The notes beneath the pieces were generated by a model that was given only the letters and a program-made list of their open reading frames with translations, searched no databases and was not told the origin of the DNA. DNA of 64,000 bases, taken from positions 1-64,000 of the forward strand of contig JBHLRP010000008.1 in the NCBI GenBank assembly GCA_048882485.1. Reading direction: 5' to 3'. The first letter of the stretch is position 1. Every line of letters starts with the position of its first letter. Origin of the DNA: Candidatus Thorarchaeota archaeon. Its GTDB lineage: Archaea > Asgardarchaeota > Thorarchaeia > Thorarchaeales > Thorarchaeaceae. Position numbers and translations under genes: made by a program. Of this stretch, positions 48,857-59,439 are shown piece by piece.

Positions 48857-50744
48857 AGCAGCTTGCACTCATTGTGCAAAGCAAGAGGAAGAAGACACCA
48901 AGACAAGTATGACTGAAAGGTATGTCATTGCAGTACTTGCTTCTATCACTTGGGCGGCAGCAATTCTTGTTGAGCTGCTTTTGCAGAATCAGTTGTTTGT
49001 CTATGGACTATCAATCGCCGCACTCCTAATGGCAGGGAGATGGATCATCCCAAGGGGACTCCGAGGTGCCGCAAAGATTCATCTGGACATCAATTTCCTG
49101 ATGACATTTGCAGCTTTTGCTGCACTTATCATAGGTGCACCCTTGGAGGGAGCCGCAGCCATGTATCTCTTCTTCATTGCCAATCTTCTAGAGGACCGAG
49201 CAAGTGAACAGGTTCGGAATGACATACAGGGACTGCTAGAGCTAGCACCACCTATGATCTCGATTAAGACCTCTGGAGGAATAGTGGATGCGCCAGTAGA
49301 ATCAGGCCAGATAGGTGAAGTCTTCGTTGTCAAGCCAGGGGACAGAATCGGCCTTGATGGAATTGTTGCTTCAGGCAACACTAGTGTGAATCAGAGTCCG
49401 ATCACCGGAGAATCCATGCCGGTCTCAAAACAGGTTGGCGATACAGTATACGCTGGAACAATAAACATGGATGGCTCTGTTGAGATTGAAATCACCCATC
49501 CGTCCAATGAAACCGTGCTCTCTCGAATAGTTTCACTTGTAGATGATGCCCGTAGCAAGAGATCGCCAACTGAAAAATTGGTCTCCAGGATTTCTCATCG
49601 GTACACTCCAATGGTAGTGCTTGCGTCCGTTGCAATGGCCTTGCTAACGTTCGCCTTCGGATTCACATTAGAGGAGGCTATTTACAGAGGACTTACATTG
49701 CTCGTCACATCTTGTCCGTGCGCATTTGTAATCTCAATTCCAGTCAGCATGGTCAGTTCAATTGCTGGATCGGCAAGAAGTGGTGTTCTCGTCAAGGGGT
49801 CCGAATACATAGAAGCACTGAGCAAATCATCAGTGGTTGCATTTGATAAGACCGGCACCTTGACTGAGGGAGTGCTTCAAGTCGAGAGCATTACACCTGC
49901 AAATGGAGCGACCAGAGAGGAAGTTCTGAAACTCGCAGGATCATTAGAGATGTTTTCGGAACACCCCATTTCCCGAGCAATCACACAACTAGCTGAGATA
50001 GAAAGGGTGACTCCAAGTGAAGTAGATTCCTTTCAAGCAATAGCTGGACGCGGTGTCATGGGCATAATTGCTGGAGAAAGAGTTGCAGCAGGAAACAAAG
50101 GTCTCATGGCAGATGAAGGGATTGATATTGATGGCGGGGCATCTTCAGCTATTGGGACTAATGTCTACGTCGCAAGGAATGGAACTCATGTTGGGACTAT
50201 AAGACTCATGGATTCAGTCCGACACACCGCGAGGAGAGCAATCCAAGATCTTTCTGCCATGAACATAAGGTCGATAATGCTCACTGGGGACAACCAGGCT
50301 ACAGCTAGCTATGTCGCAGAAATTCTCAATGTTGATGAGTATCACGCGGACCTCCTTCCTCATGAGAAGGTAGAACAAGTTGAAGCTATCTCTGATGAGG
50401 GGACTCATCTCTTCATTGGCGATGGAATTAACGACGCGCCTGCAATGGCTGCATCTGATGTTTCCGTTGCGATGGGCGTGATCGGGTCTGATTTGGCTTT
50501 GGAAACAGCGGATGTGGCTTTGATGGAGGATGACTTGGAGAAGATTCCCATTCTAATTCAACAAGCCAAGAGGACAATGTCTATTGTGAAACAAAACATT
50601 GCGGTTTCAATTGGCATAAAAGCAGCGGTGGCAATCTTGGCCATAGCAGGATTGGCAACACTCTGGCTTGCGGTTGGAGTGGGTGACATGGGAGTTTCAT
50701 TGCTTGTGATTGCAAATGCTCTAAGACTTGCTGTGCGTCGCTAG
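48840..50744 (+). CDS. P1B heavy-metal-translocating ATPase (ZntA/CadA type)
   Basis: TGES, CPC, DKTGT, SEHP and GDGINDAP motifs; N-terminal CTHC; GDMG in the last TM. Confidence 0.95.
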   Translation: MLLESEAACTHCAKQEEEDTKTSMTERYVIAVLASITWAAAILVELLLQNQLFVYGLSIAALLMAGRWIIPRGLRGAAKIHLDINFLMTFAAFAALIIGAPLEGAAAMYLFFIANLLEDRASEQVRNDIQGLLELAPPMISIKTSGGIVDAPVESGQIGEVFVVKPGDRIGLDGIVASGNTSVNQSPITGESMPVSKQVGDTVYAGTINMDGSVEIEITHPSNETVLSRIVSLVDDARSKRSPTEKLVSRISHRYTPMVVLASVAMALLTFAFGFTLEEAIYRGLTLLVTSCPCAFVISIPVSMVSSIAGSARSGVLVKGSEYIEALSKSSVVAFDKTGTLTEGVLQVESITPANGATREEVLKLAGSLEMFSEHPISRAITQLAEIERVTPSEVDSFQAIAGRGVMGIIAGERVAAGNKGLMADEGIDIDGGASSAIGTNVYVARNGTHVGTIRLMDSVRHTARRAIQDLSAMNIRSIMLTGDNQATASYVAEILNVDEYHADLLPHEKVEQVEAISDEGTHLFIGDGINDAPAMAASDVSVAMGVIGSDLALETADVALMEDDLEKIPILIQQAKRTMSIVKQNIAVSIGIKAAVAILAIAGLATLWLAVGVGDMGVSLLVIANALRLAVRR

Positions 50745-50745
50745 A

Positions 50746-52329
50746 CTAGCGGTATGAGTTCATTGCACGGACTCCTGCTTCTAGAAACATGAAAACAATT
50801 GTCAATGTGAAGAACGGAAGCGCGACAAGTATCAGTTGCTCATGAGCTAATGCAGCAACCAAGCCGATTAAAGTTGCACCCAATGTGAGGTTAACAACTG
50901 GAAATGAAAATGCCAAAGGAACGGGCAGTACCTTTGGGTCATTTGTGATAACTGGGACATATGCACCGATAGCTACACCAGTAGCTGTAAACATCAGAAT
51001 CAGAGGAGCTGCTAGAGTAAGCAAAGACGCAAAACCTTCCACACGGAAGAAATAGGATAGGAACCCTAGAACTGGAATTGTCGCCAGTCCTACCTCAATG
51101 AGACTAAGTAGATATTTCGCGAGAACTATATCCATGGGCTTGAATGGACTCGCCTTCAAGAGGTAGATGTTTTCTTGTTCATCTACGAAACTTAGGAGAC
51201 TAGTAACACTGCTAAGCTGTATAAAGAGGAGTACAATGAGCAGAAAGGCTGGAACCGCAGTTGCGCTAAGCTCAGGAGGAATCTGAAGGGTAGCGAGACT
51301 GGCAGGTCGAAATACGTTGAGGTATACCACGAAGATCGTCCCGAAGATGACATAAACATATTTCCAGAACTGAAGAGGGCTCCGCATTCTAGACCAGAAG
51401 TCTTTGAGCATAATCCATGACATCGGGTCTGAAAATCTGGTTTGTGTGAAGTCGACTTGTCCTCTGACGATTTTGCTGAAGCGGCCCTCGACTTTTTCTC
51501 TGCCTACTGCGGCCGCAAAGATCTCGTAGTAATCGAAATCACATAGGGCAGCTAGGAAAAGAAATGAGATGAGAAAACCAAGAATGAGGAAAACTAGACC
51601 CAAGTTTGGACCATATCCCCAAGCCAAGATCCCTGTGACTTCAGTCAATATGTAAGCATAGGCGTTTGAAGGAAACACAAGGGCCTCTGGGTAGCTTCCC
51701 GTTATCTGAGGGAGCGTTGGAAGAAATGCGGCTAATCCGAAAAGAACAACTAGGAAATGCCTTGCAGGATTACGAGTGCGCTGCTGAACCTTGATCCTAA
51801 GGTATGATGCAATGCCTGCCAGGAAGTAATTCACTTCAAAATAGCCAATTGTGGTGACAAGAAGCAGAAACATGGGAATGAACAAGAGATTTGCCGAGGT
51901 CACTATAGGCAATATTGCAATGACTCCTGCAAGAGCAAAGATGAGTTTTCTAATGAATCTGCGAACGTATCTGCTCATAAACAGCTGAAATGGCTTAACA
52001 GGTGCACCCAGGATAATTGACTCATCATCATCAGTCAATGAAGCAGCGATGCCGATTCCGAAATATCCCCCCACAACAGATGATAATGTCAGGATTCCCA
52101 TCCCAGCGAATATTGTTCCACGTTCAAGAACTTCTTCAATCATTGCCCCTACCGTGTACACCACTTCGCGAAAGCTTAGGACTGTTGATAATACTGTACT
52201 GACAAAATACACACCAATAATGGTAATTCCATAGAACATCAACATCGCTGGAGTTCTAATAGCACGCTTGAATTGGTTCCACAGCATCCTGACTTCATTT
52301 CTAGCCAGTGAATAAGTAGTGTTGACCAA
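50746..52329 (-). CDS. ABC-2-type exporter permease
   Basis: About 12 TM helices, EQENIYLLKASP..IVLAKY; downstream of an ABC ATPase. Confidence 0.8.
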   Translation of the reverse strand: MVNTTYSLARNEVRMLWNQFKRAIRTPAMLMFYGITIIGVYFVSTVLSTVLSFREVVYTVGAMIEEVLERGTIFAGMGILTLSSVVGGYFGIGIAASLTDDDESIILGAPVKPFQLFMSRYVRRFIRKLIFALAGVIAILPIVTSANLLFIPMFLLLVTTIGYFEVNYFLAGIASYLRIKVQQRTRNPARHFLVVLFGLAAFLPTLPQITGSYPEALVFPSNAYAYILTEVTGILAWGYGPNLGLVFLILGFLISFLFLAALCDFDYYEIFAAAVGREKVEGRFSKIVRGQVDFTQTRFSDPMSWIMLKDFWSRMRSPLQFWKYVYVIFGTIFVVYLNVFRPASLATLQIPPELSATAVPAFLLIVLLFIQLSSVTSLLSFVDEQENIYLLKASPFKPMDIVLAKYLLSLIEVGLATIPVLGFLSYFFRVEGFASLLTLAAPLILMFTATGVAIGAYVPVITNDPKVLPVPLAFSFPVVNLTLGATLIGLVAALAHEQLILVALPFFTLTIVFMFLEAGVRAMNSYR

Positions 52330-52348
52330 ATTCGATCACCTGCATAGG

Positions 52349-53260
52349 CTATTCTGGGATACCTCCAGTGAGTTCGAGAAAGACTTCTTCCAGATTCGTT
52401 GCACGTTTGCTCTCATTGAGCAGATCTTTCAGAGTCCCGCGTCCTACGACCTTCGCTTCATTCATTATGACAAATCGATCACACAGACTTTCAGCCACTT
52501 CCAAGATATGAGTGGATATGAGAATAGCCGACTTCTCCTTCTTCAGATTATTAAGATGTGCTTTGAGGCTCCAAGCACCGCGTGGGTCAAGTCCATAGAT
52601 TGGCTCGTCGAAAGCCAGCACGAAAGGTGGCTCTCTTACAAATATGCCAACCAAGAGGGCTCTTTGCAGATTTCCCTTGGAGAGTGTTCCAATGTAGTTG
52701 TCTAAATACTCCCGAAGCTGGAACATGTCAAGATAGTGACTCATGCGAACCAGAGTCTCTTCATTTGGAACATCGTAGATTCGACCCATGAACATCAGGT
52801 ATTCTCTTACCGTTAGACTGGGATAGCAAGTGGGCTTCTCTGGAATATATCCGATGAGGTCTTTCGCTGGAATTGGCGATTTCTGGATATCATGACCACC
52901 AACATAGACTTCTCCTCCACTCGCCTTGATGATCCCTGTCAAGACACGCAGTGTTGTCGTCTTCCCTGCACCATTGGGTCCTACAAGACCAACAATCTCT
53001 CCCGGAGAAACTTTGAGGTCCAGTTTGTCCACTGCCAATGTCTTACTGAAGCTCTTGGACATTCCCTTGATTTCGAGGGCAGGATCAGGCAACATCTTTC
53101 GCTTGTCACTTCTCTTGTCCTTTCTCTCCTGCATGGCTTTAGTCAATTCTTCGATAAGCCAGATTCGCTTGACAGTACGACTGGCTATTGGCACTTTCAG
53201 AATCCGCGCAAGTCTCACAAGTTCTTCATCGGTCATCCTCTGAATCGTAGAGAGTTCCAC
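52349..53260 (-). CDS. ABC transporter ATPase with N-terminal helix-extension-helix (Rho_N-like) domain
   Basis: GPNGAGKTT, LSKG, FDEP, STH; N-terminal extension IQRMTDEELVRLARILKVP..KRIWLIEEL. Confidence 0.9.
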   Translation of the reverse strand: MELSTIQRMTDEELVRLARILKVPIASRTVKRIWLIEELTKAMQERKDKRSDKRKMLPDPALEIKGMSKSFSKTLAVDKLDLKVSPGEIVGLVGPNGAGKTTTLRVLTGIIKASGGEVYVGGHDIQKSPIPAKDLIGYIPEKPTCYPSLTVREYLMFMGRIYDVPNEETLVRMSHYLDMFQLREYLDNYIGTLSKGNLQRALLVGIFVREPPFVLAFDEPIYGLDPRGAWSLKAHLNNLKKEKSAILISTHILEVAESLCDRFVIMNEAKVVGRGTLKDLLNESKRATNLEEVFLELTGGIPE

Positions 53261-53370
53261 ACTCAGTCGAAACGCCTCCAGCCACCATGTTAGTGAACAG
53301 TCAATTGGTCAGACTTGAATTCATGACATAAGAAGTCATGGGTACAAGTATATAACATTCAATATAATAC

Positions 53371-54075
53371 TCAGAACTCTTGGACGTATGGGATAACCCG
53401 TTGGAACTCTAGCGACCAATTCTTGACCTCTGTCACCAATGGGTAGACCTCTACCCCTTTCTTATGAGCGCTCTTTAGCTCAAGTGCGAATTTAGGATCA
53501 GTGTCCGCTTTCGGAGAGAAGACTTCCGCATCAGGTCTTTGGATAACAAATACAACTGCAGCCCTGTTCGCCAATCCGTCTTGAATTGACCTGGCAAGAT
53601 TTCTGAGATGTCTAGCTCCTCTTTCAGTTGGCGCATCTGGAAAGAGGGCATGTCCATCCTCAACTAGTGTGCAGGATTTGACCTCGATGAATGTAGCCCC
53701 TTCGGCACCCTCTAACTTGAAGTCGAAGCGACCGTCATAAATCCGAGGCTCAGCAATGACAGTATCATAAGGCCGAAACCAATCAAAGGCATGATTCAGT
53801 AGGTTGGATTTCATGAAACGGTTAGGCAGATTGGAGTCAATAGAGATCAAGACTCCATCGTGGGAAACACCGATCATGTCATACTCTGTCTTACGATGGG
53901 CACTGGCTTTACGTCGAAGGTAGACCTGTTTGCAAGGAATCATCAATTCATGCATTCTCCCAGGATTTGGAATGAAAACCTCAATGATTCTTCTGTTGAG
54001 CTCGACTCTTCCAAGGAATCTATTCGGTCTGTCGACAAACCGAGCTTCTAATACTTCACCATCCGCAACCATCAT
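53371..54075 (-). CDS. sfsA: SfsA DNA/RNA nuclease
   Basis: RPNRF, PNPGRM, RFDF, IEVKSCTL and FPDAPTERGARHL motifs. Confidence 0.95.
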   Translation of the reverse strand: MMVADGEVLEARFVDRPNRFLGRVELNRRIIEVFIPNPGRMHELMIPCKQVYLRRKASAHRKTEYDMIGVSHDGVLISIDSNLPNRFMKSNLLNHAFDWFRPYDTVIAEPRIYDGRFDFKLEGAEGATFIEVKSCTLVEDGHALFPDAPTERGARHLRNLARSIQDGLANRAAVVFVIQRPDAEVFSPKADTDPKFALELKSAHKKGVEVYPLVTEVKNWSLEFQRVIPYVQEF

Positions 54076-54145
54076 GAGACGAGTGCGATGAATCGGTGTT
54101 GCACATTGCTCTTCCGGTCTGGCAATAAACTAGCTTACCAGCATT

Positions 54146-55246
54146 TCAGAAGAATTCAGAAAGGATTGATTGAGCACTTCCTTCGGAGAGACCAGATACT
54201 TTCACGCCAATGAGTCTCAGGTACTTGGCCGGATTCCTCTTTCTATCGAAGATTTCAACTGCGATTTGCTGGAGCATATCTTGGTCATCGGTTTCCACCG
54301 GGATTGACTTACTTCTCTGGATAGTTGAGTAATCCGCATATCGCATCTTGACAGTGACTGTCTTGAACTTGAGAGATTTCTGTCGAAGCCTGTCACCTAT
54401 CCTTCCACACATTCTCGTAATTGTTCCATGAAGGTAATCTACCTCATCTGGATCAACATCCATCATGAATGTGAAGTCCTTTGATATAGACTTCCTTATG
54501 CGAGGTCCATTGTCGAGCAAAGGTCGGTCATCTATTCCATGTGCCCGATTGTATAACCAGCGCGACCCTCTTCCCATTATAGGCCAGAGGTCAGTGATTG
54601 TCATCTCATGTATCTGACCCAGCGATTCTATGCCCGATTTGCAAAGTCTTTGGGCAGTCTTTGCACCAACTCCATTGAGTGCATCAACAGGCAATGGAGC
54701 TAGAAATCTAAGTATTTCCTCCGGGTCATGACCCACCAGTGTGATTCCTAGAGGTTTATTCATTCCCGTGGCAATTTTAGCTACACTCATGTTCGGAGCT
54801 ACACCGATTGAACAGGGCAGCTTTGTCTGCAGTCGGATTTCACTTTGGATCGTCTGTGCTAATGAGTAGGGTCCTTCATAGTCTTGAACAAGCTTGGTTA
54901 CTTCTATGTAGGCCTCATCGATGCTGGCTCTTCGCACCCTGCCTTCATCTGAGAAGCCTCGAAGGACATCCATTACTTCTGCAGAAGCTTCTCCGTATGA
55001 TGAGAACTCGCCAGACACGAAAACAGCATCTGGACATAAACGATAAGCCTTCGAAACTGGCATCCCCGAGTAAATGCCAAATGCCCTTGCTTCATAGGAC
55101 GCAGTTCTCACCACGCCTCGCCCTCGACCACCCTTTGGATCATGACCTACGCAGACTGGCATTCCAGCTAATTCAGGATGATTTCGGTACTGTTCTACCG
55201 CGGCAAAGAACGCATCCATATCCACGTGCATTATCCAGCGTTCCAA
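54146..55246 (-). CDS. dinB: DNA polymerase IV (Y family)
   Basis: HVDMDAFFAAVE, ASYEARAFG, SIDEAY, AKIA..NKP and RLIGV motifs. Confidence 0.95.
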   Translation of the reverse strand: MERWIMHVDMDAFFAAVEQYRNHPELAGMPVCVGHDPKGGRGRGVVRTASYEARAFGIYSGMPVSKAYRLCPDAVFVSGEFSSYGEASAEVMDVLRGFSDEGRVRRASIDEAYIEVTKLVQDYEGPYSLAQTIQSEIRLQTKLPCSIGVAPNMSVAKIATGMNKPLGITLVGHDPEEILRFLAPLPVDALNGVGAKTAQRLCKSGIESLGQIHEMTITDLWPIMGRGSRWLYNRAHGIDDRPLLDNGPRIRKSISKDFTFMMDVDPDEVDYLHGTITRMCGRIGDRLRQKSLKFKTVTVKMRYADYSTIQRSKSIPVETDDQDMLQQIAVEIFDRKRNPAKYLRLIGVKVSGLSEGSAQSILSEFF

Positions 55247-55411
55247 CTTTTTTCCCGAGTCTTTACTATCCGAAACTGTTTTTGCATTTCTCCAGTCCTT
55301 TATACTATTGGACGAATTCTTTGCGGACGGGGAGTTGACCGAACCTATTGCTCTTCCAACAGAGTGATATGGACCATCTCAAGGCCAAGCGAGTACTCTG
55401 GAGGAACACAT

Positions 55412-56020
55412 TTGACCGATTTTGACAGGCTTTCTCAGCAGATGCGTTTCATTGTGGAGATAGACAAACTCAAACACGTTGTTCGACAGTCCGCTCTGAC
55501 TGATGGCACCCGGCAAGAGAACGACTCTGAGCACTCCTGGCATATTGCAGCCATGGCTGTCCTTCTGTCGGAATATTCCAATACTCAGGATATTGACCTT
55601 CTCAAAGTCATTAAGATGCTTCTAATTCATGACCTTGTAGAGATAGATGCTGGCGATACATTTCTATACGATGTCATTGGGAATTCCACTAAGGCCAAGA
55701 GAGAGCGAAAAGCTGCAGCAAGGATATTCGGAATGCTACCTGAAGATCAAGCTGAAGAGATGCTCTTGCTTTGGGAGGAATATGAGGCACGAGAAAGTCC
55801 AGAAGCCAAGTTCGCATTTGCTATGGATGCAATTCAGCCTCTCATCCTCAGCTTTCACAACAAAGGGTGGTCATGGAAGAAACATAGTATTGTCAAATCT
55901 CAGATTGTAGACAAGAAGAAACCTCTGAAGATCGGTTCAGAGAAACTTTGGGAATATGCCCAAACATTGATCGCAGAGGCTGTGAATGAAGGCTTTCTTA
56001 TAGATGATGAGGCGGCCTAG
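55412..56020 (+). CDS. HD-domain hydrolase (YfbR/HDDC2-like)
   Basis: EIDKLK..R, ENDSEHSW and IHDLVEIDAGD motifs. TTG start after GGAGG. Confidence 0.9.
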   Translation: MTDFDRLSQQMRFIVEIDKLKHVVRQSALTDGTRQENDSEHSWHIAAMAVLLSEYSNTQDIDLLKVIKMLLIHDLVEIDAGDTFLYDVIGNSTKAKRERKAAARIFGMLPEDQAEEMLLLWEEYEARESPEAKFAFAMDAIQPLILSFHNKGWSWKKHSIVKSQIVDKKKPLKIGSEKLWEYAQTLIAEAVNEGFLIDDEAA

Positions 56021-56967
56021 ACTGCATACTGTGAGAAGAACTGTTCCAAGTCCACATTTCCTCCGCTAAGTATGACTCCTATGCGTCGTTCCTTCAGCTG
56101 ATCACTTATCTGTAAAAGAGCCGCAAGAGAAACAGCACCTGATGGCTCCACAACGATTTTCATTCTTTCCCAGAGCAGACGCATTGCTCTCACGATTTCT
56201 TGATCACTCACTGTGACGATTCTGTCTACATTCTTCCGGATTATTGAGAAGGTCAACTCGGAGAGTGAAGTTAGAAGTCCATCAGCGATGGTGTGTGGAT
56301 TCACCGAGGGATGAATCTCTCCAGTTGTAAATGAGCGATAAGCGTCGTCAGCACCCTTTGGTTCTCCTGCAATGACTTGAGCTTCAGGCATGAGACCTTT
56401 AGTAGCAATAGAGGTGCCGCTCAAAAGTCCTCCACCTCCAACAGGCACGAAAACTAAGTCAAGAGACCCTATTTCCTTAATGAGCTCGTAGGCAGCTGTT
56501 CCTGCTCCAGCAATGATGTTGGGGTTGTCATAGGGATGTACGAGAGTATATCCATGCTTCTCAATTAGCGCCGCAGCAGTGCTTTGCCGAGAAGCTAATG
56601 TTGGCTCGCATATAACGACCTCTGCGCCATAACCTTTGGTGGCTTCCATCTTCACTGCAGGAGAACTGCTTGGCATGACTACCGTGCATCTCACGCCTTG
56701 TTTTGATGCCGCTAGTGCTAGAGCTTGGGCGTGATTCCCCGAGGAATGAGTTATCACCCCTCTCTTGCGCTCCTCTTCACTTAGCAATGAAACCGCGTTG
56801 AAAGCGCCGCGGAACTTGAACGCTCCGACGCGCTGGAAGTTCTCACATTTGAAGAAGACATCGGAGCCGGTGAGTGCATCAATAGTGGTTGAAGTCATTA
56901 CGGGAGTCCTTACAACAGAGTCCTTGACTCTCTCATATGCAGCTTCAACATCTGAAAAGACTACCAT
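56017..56967 (-). CDS. Serine/threonine dehydratase / serine racemase family PLP enzyme
   Basis: KCENFQRVGAFKFRGA, SSGNHAQA, GGGGL, EPSGA and SGGN motifs. Confidence 0.93.
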   Translation of the reverse strand: MVVFSDVEAAYERVKDSVVRTPVMTSTTIDALTGSDVFFKCENFQRVGAFKFRGAFNAVSLLSEEERKRGVITHSSGNHAQALALAASKQGVRCTVVMPSSSPAVKMEATKGYGAEVVICEPTLASRQSTAAALIEKHGYTLVHPYDNPNIIAGAGTAAYELIKEIGSLDLVFVPVGGGGLLSGTSIATKGLMPEAQVIAGEPKGADDAYRSFTTGEIHPSVNPHTIADGLLTSLSELTFSIIRKNVDRIVTVSDQEIVRAMRLLWERMKIVVEPSGAVSLAALLQISDQLKERRIGVILSGGNVDLEQFFSQYAV

Positions 56968-57098
56968 AGATGGAAAGCACTTTATCCTGCAGAAAAGGAT
57001 TGCTTTCATTCGCTAAAGAAAATTCGAAAGGCTTAATCCTCGCCGTTGACGAATGACTCGAATCAGTGAATCAGTATTTCTAGGAGTATGATTCTCAG

Positions 57099-57839
57099 AT
57101 GGGTAACAAGTTCCTAAATACACAAATGGATTACATTCGAGTTCTTGTTGTTATTGTAATCCTAGGACTGGAAGCAATTGCTGCATTCACAGGAATAGCA
57201 AATCCCTGGTTTCTAGGTGCCTCAGTCGCCCTAGTGATACTGGCTATTGCCAACTATATTGATGTTCGATCTGAAGAGTGGTCACGCTATGCATTGTTTC
57301 TCCTAACGGCAATGATTTGTGGCTCAATTGGTGATTTCTTGTTGGCGGATATCTTCCGTATAACACCAATCCCAGTCTTGAATGGCATAATCTTTTTCGG
57401 AATTGGTCATGTTTTCTACCTCCTGGGGCTTCGAGATAGATCTAGCATGCTCCTCCGCTCTCCAGGAGCAAATCAATCCAGATTGGTGACAAAAAATCTT
57501 GCAATGTGGTTGGTGGTTTCTATTCTTGTGGTTTTACTCTTCGTGACGACAATCTTCAATCCAGCAATGCTCGAGCTTGGAATTGGAATGCTAGCCTATG
57601 GTATTCTTCTTGGAACAGTTTTGGCGTTCGCTATCACAAAATGGTTTGATGACTTTCCATCCAAATTTACCTTCTGCATATCAATTGGATTTCTCCTCTT
57701 CTTCTTCTCAGATTGGTTGCTTGGCTATCATATGATGACCGATGCAAGCTTCCTTTCTGGTCCGTATGTCGGATTGACATACATCATTGGGCAGCTACTG
57801 ATTCACCTATCAACCATGTTTGGTTCAAAAGGAACCTGA
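57099..57839 (+). CDS. YhhN/TMEM86 lysoplasmalogenase-family membrane protein
   Basis: IGDFLL, FFGIGHVFY, FFFSDWLLG and TYIIGQ motifs. Confidence 0.85.
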   Translation: MGNKFLNTQMDYIRVLVVIVILGLEAIAAFTGIANPWFLGASVALVILAIANYIDVRSEEWSRYALFLLTAMICGSIGDFLLADIFRITPIPVLNGIIFFGIGHVFYLLGLRDRSSMLLRSPGANQSRLVTKNLAMWLVVSILVVLLFVTTIFNPAMLELGIGMLAYGILLGTVLAFAITKWFDDFPSKFTFCISIGFLLFFFSDWLLGYHMMTDASFLSGPYVGLTYIIGQLLIHLSTMFGSKGT

Positions 57840-57873
57840 AAGATGAAACATCAGCAACCTTGGTAGTGATACG

Positions 57874-58365
57874 ATGCGAGGCATTCGAAGAAAAGAGAAG
57901 GAGATTACAGAGACTGCAGAAATGATTGCTATTCTGAAGCAGGCAAAATACATCACTGTAGCTATGTGTCTGGATGATGAGCCATACCTAGCGACATTGA
58001 GTCACGGCTTTGATGTTGAGAATAACTGTATCTACTTCCATTGTGCTCAAGAGGGGAAGAAGATCGACATTCTAAAACAGAACAACCTGGTCTGGGGACA
58101 GGCTCTGAAAGACGATGGATATGCCATAGGCAAATGCGACCATCTGTATGCTACCACTCAATTCAGAGGGAGAGTCACTTTCATTATTGATGAGAACGAG
58201 AAGAGGCATGCTCTGAGAGTGATGATTGATCAATTGGAGGAAGCACCGAATGAAGTCTATGCAGAGCAGGTGACAGACAAATCAGTCAAGCGAGTGGGCA
58301 TTGGACGCATTGATATCGAGAGGATGAGTGGCAAGAGAGCCTCAGAGGTCATAATCCAGACATAG
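57874..58365 (+). CDS. NimA/pyridoxamine-5'-phosphate-oxidase-family flavin-binding protein
   Basis: IRRKEKEI, PY, IYFHCAQEGKK and MSGK motifs. Confidence 0.9.
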   Translation: MRGIRRKEKEITETAEMIAILKQAKYITVAMCLDDEPYLATLSHGFDVENNCIYFHCAQEGKKIDILKQNNLVWGQALKDDGYAIGKCDHLYATTQFRGRVTFIIDENEKRHALRVMIDQLEEAPNEVYAEQVTDKSVKRVGIGRIDIERMSGKRASEVIIQT

Positions 58366-58770
58366 CTAAGGATTGTCCGAGAGGGCTTGAAGCACCTCCA
58401 ATGCTTCCTCACCATCTTCAAATGGCACAAAGAGATGGTCATGGTAGTAGGCTGAAACTACATTCACGCTAATTCCTTCTTTGGCGAGTTCCGTCGATAT
58501 CTTTGCAATGAAGCCAATGGCCTCAAGGTCTGAGTGGACTGACAGTGTGATTAACGCCCAAGTCGCTAGATACTGGAGCTTACGGGAGTCAGCTATGCCT
58601 CTCTCAACAATGAAAGTGACTCCCTCGTCTTCTCTGAACATAAGAAGCGCGTCATCTTTGAGGTCTTCGATAAGACTCTCTTCAACTGAAACGAACACGT
58701 ATTCCACATCTGACAGTGTGGGTTCCATTGACCTGAGAAGAGTGCCTAGATCGTGTTCGCCACGTTTCAT
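58366..58770 (-). CDS. ACT-domain protein (DUF2241 / CASTOR-like)
   Basis: GEHDLGTLLRSMEP, FREDEGVT, VHSDLEAIG and SAYYHDHLFV motifs. Confidence 0.88.
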   Translation of the reverse strand: MKRGEHDLGTLLRSMEPTLSDVEYVFVSVEESLIEDLKDDALLMFREDEGVTFIVERGIADSRKLQYLATWALITLSVHSDLEAIGFIAKISTELAKEGISVNVVSAYYHDHLFVPFEDGEEALEVLQALSDNP

Positions 58771-58790
58771 CCGATTCTCCTCGCAATGAC

Positions 58791-59306
58791 TTAGCTTCTC
58801 TCTCCGCCAAAGGTCTCCCAGGAAACAATTTCATCCAGCGAGCGTCGATTGCTTGTCCTTTCTTGGTTTCCATAGCCTACTGAAACTGAGCAAACAACTC
58901 TAAGAATATCAGGTACGTTCAAGAGTTTCCGGAATACAGGCTCGATGGCTGTGTCTCGTACCCCCATCCAGCATGTGCTCAATCCCTGCCCGTAAGCGGC
59001 TAGCAGCATGTTTTGAACAGCATTGTGAGGATCAGCCAAGTTATATCTCTGGTGTCTGGCTGGCTCACCAAGGACCACAATGACGACAGGTGATTCCTTC
59101 ATGAATCGTCCATATGTGTGAGCATCAGCGAGTTTTTCACGCATTGCCTTGTCACGGACTACTATGAAATGCCAAGGCTGCCTGTTTGAGGCTGAGGGCG
59201 CCCATTGTCCGGCTTCCAGAATCACCTTCACCTTGTCATCCTCGACCTCAGTGTCCTTATACTTTCTAATGCTTCTTCGGTTTCTAATTGCTTCCAGAAC
59301 ATCCAT
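58791..59306 (-). CDS. Nitroreductase-family protein
   Basis: RRSIRKY, APSASNRQPW, QNMLLAA..GLSTCW motifs. Confidence 0.93.
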   Translation of the reverse strand: MDVLEAIRNRRSIRKYKDTEVEDDKVKVILEAGQWAPSASNRQPWHFIVVRDKAMREKLADAHTYGRFMKESPVVIVVLGEPARHQRYNLADPHNAVQNMLLAAYGQGLSTCWMGVRDTAIEPVFRKLLNVPDILRVVCSVSVGYGNQERTSNRRSLDEIVSWETFGGERS

Positions 59307-59439
59307 CTTTAGTCTCGATGCGAATGATGCATGACCAATATAAGCCATCGCACATGGCACTCGAATGATAATGTCTTGATGGCAAACCTAAAAGGAGCAT
59401 AGTGTTGGCCCTGAATCATCCGGGACGGCGAATTCTACC

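Noticed and set aside
53371-56020. sfsA-dinB-HD cluster as a defence or mutagenesis island
   Set aside because: All three are common housekeeping families; there are no mobility or defence hallmarks.
58366-58770. ACT protein as a eukaryote-specific CASTOR signature
   Set aside because: This short family is widespread in bacteria.
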